In this document: positions 60,811 to 60,944 of the stretch, piece by piece
Position numbering within the stretch: position 1 is the stretch's first letter
How the letters are laid out: the number at the start of each line of letters is the position of its first letter
IMG/VR virus record: IMGVR_UViG_3300044699_000154
Location: 1 to 60,944 of that record
DNA from: a virus
Lineage: Duplodnaviria > Caudoviricetes
Direction: 5' to 3' (one strand)
Length of the DNA stretch: 60,944 nt
Notes under the pieces: generated by a model
What the model was told of the DNA's origin: nothing
Database searches by the model: none
The model's input: only the letters and a program-made list of their open reading frames with translations
Translations under genes and position numbers: made by a program

Positions 60811-60944
60811 CCACCGACGAGATCGATCCCCACGTCGCCGTGCGCTGTCCGAAACACCGCTTCGGCTGGCGCCGCGACCTACGCCGCGGGGGGGTCGCGC
60901 TGACGCTCGGCCCGGATTCGCGCTGCGGCGCAAGGGCGGGTGGT

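Larger units (their letters stand above)
1..60944. mobile_element. Temperate actinobacterial siphovirus, probably a near-complete genome in the non-integrated state
   Basis: Canonical order terminase-portal-scaffold-capsid-head/tail-tail tube-chaperones-tape measure-minor tails-lysin, plus serine integrase, repressor/Cro switch, WhiB and BldC-like genes. No host housekeeping gene anywhere. Intact attP-like site. Confidence 0.95.

Noticed and set aside
58157-60944. Host chromosome beyond the prophage boundary
   Set aside because: The att site is symmetric on both arms, and the genes are small, tightly coupled and include a paralog of a gene on the other side of int.

Overview
The window reads as one essentially complete, very GC-rich temperate siphovirus genome of an actinobacterium. 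On the minus strand, from ~53.3 kb down to ~3.9 kb, it runs: Cro/Xis-like HTH, early genes (AAA ATPase, BldC-like HTH, two orphan DNA methyltransferases, replication initiator with an internal 25-bp inverted repeat), terminase, HNH, portal, scaffold, decoration protein, capsid, a block of fibre-like virion genes with an SGNH hydrolase, head-tail genes, tail tube, tail chaperones with a GGGAAAA -1 frameshift site, tape measure, minor tail proteins, a GH26-like glycosidase and an amidase endolysin. The right end holds a repressor-like gene, a large serine integrase, a 48-bp symmetric attP-like site (so the element appears excised or free rather than integrated), WhiB, a PucR-type HTH, and two paralogous HTH-less TPR-like proteins. 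Many genes carry single-base indels, most likely long-read errors. The most unusual signals are: (i) four pairs of 19-44 bp direct repeats that bracket accessory genes and encode the same peptides in both copies, so collapsing them gives clean deletions or in-frame chimeras; (ii) the two TPR-like proteins with twin-arginine N-termini, each next to a small Zn-finger gene, on either side of the integration module; (iii) an inverted ParB + DGQHR two-gene operon between terminase and portal; (iv) several structured intergenic RNA candidates. Family and DUF names come from recognising motifs by eye, not from database searches.
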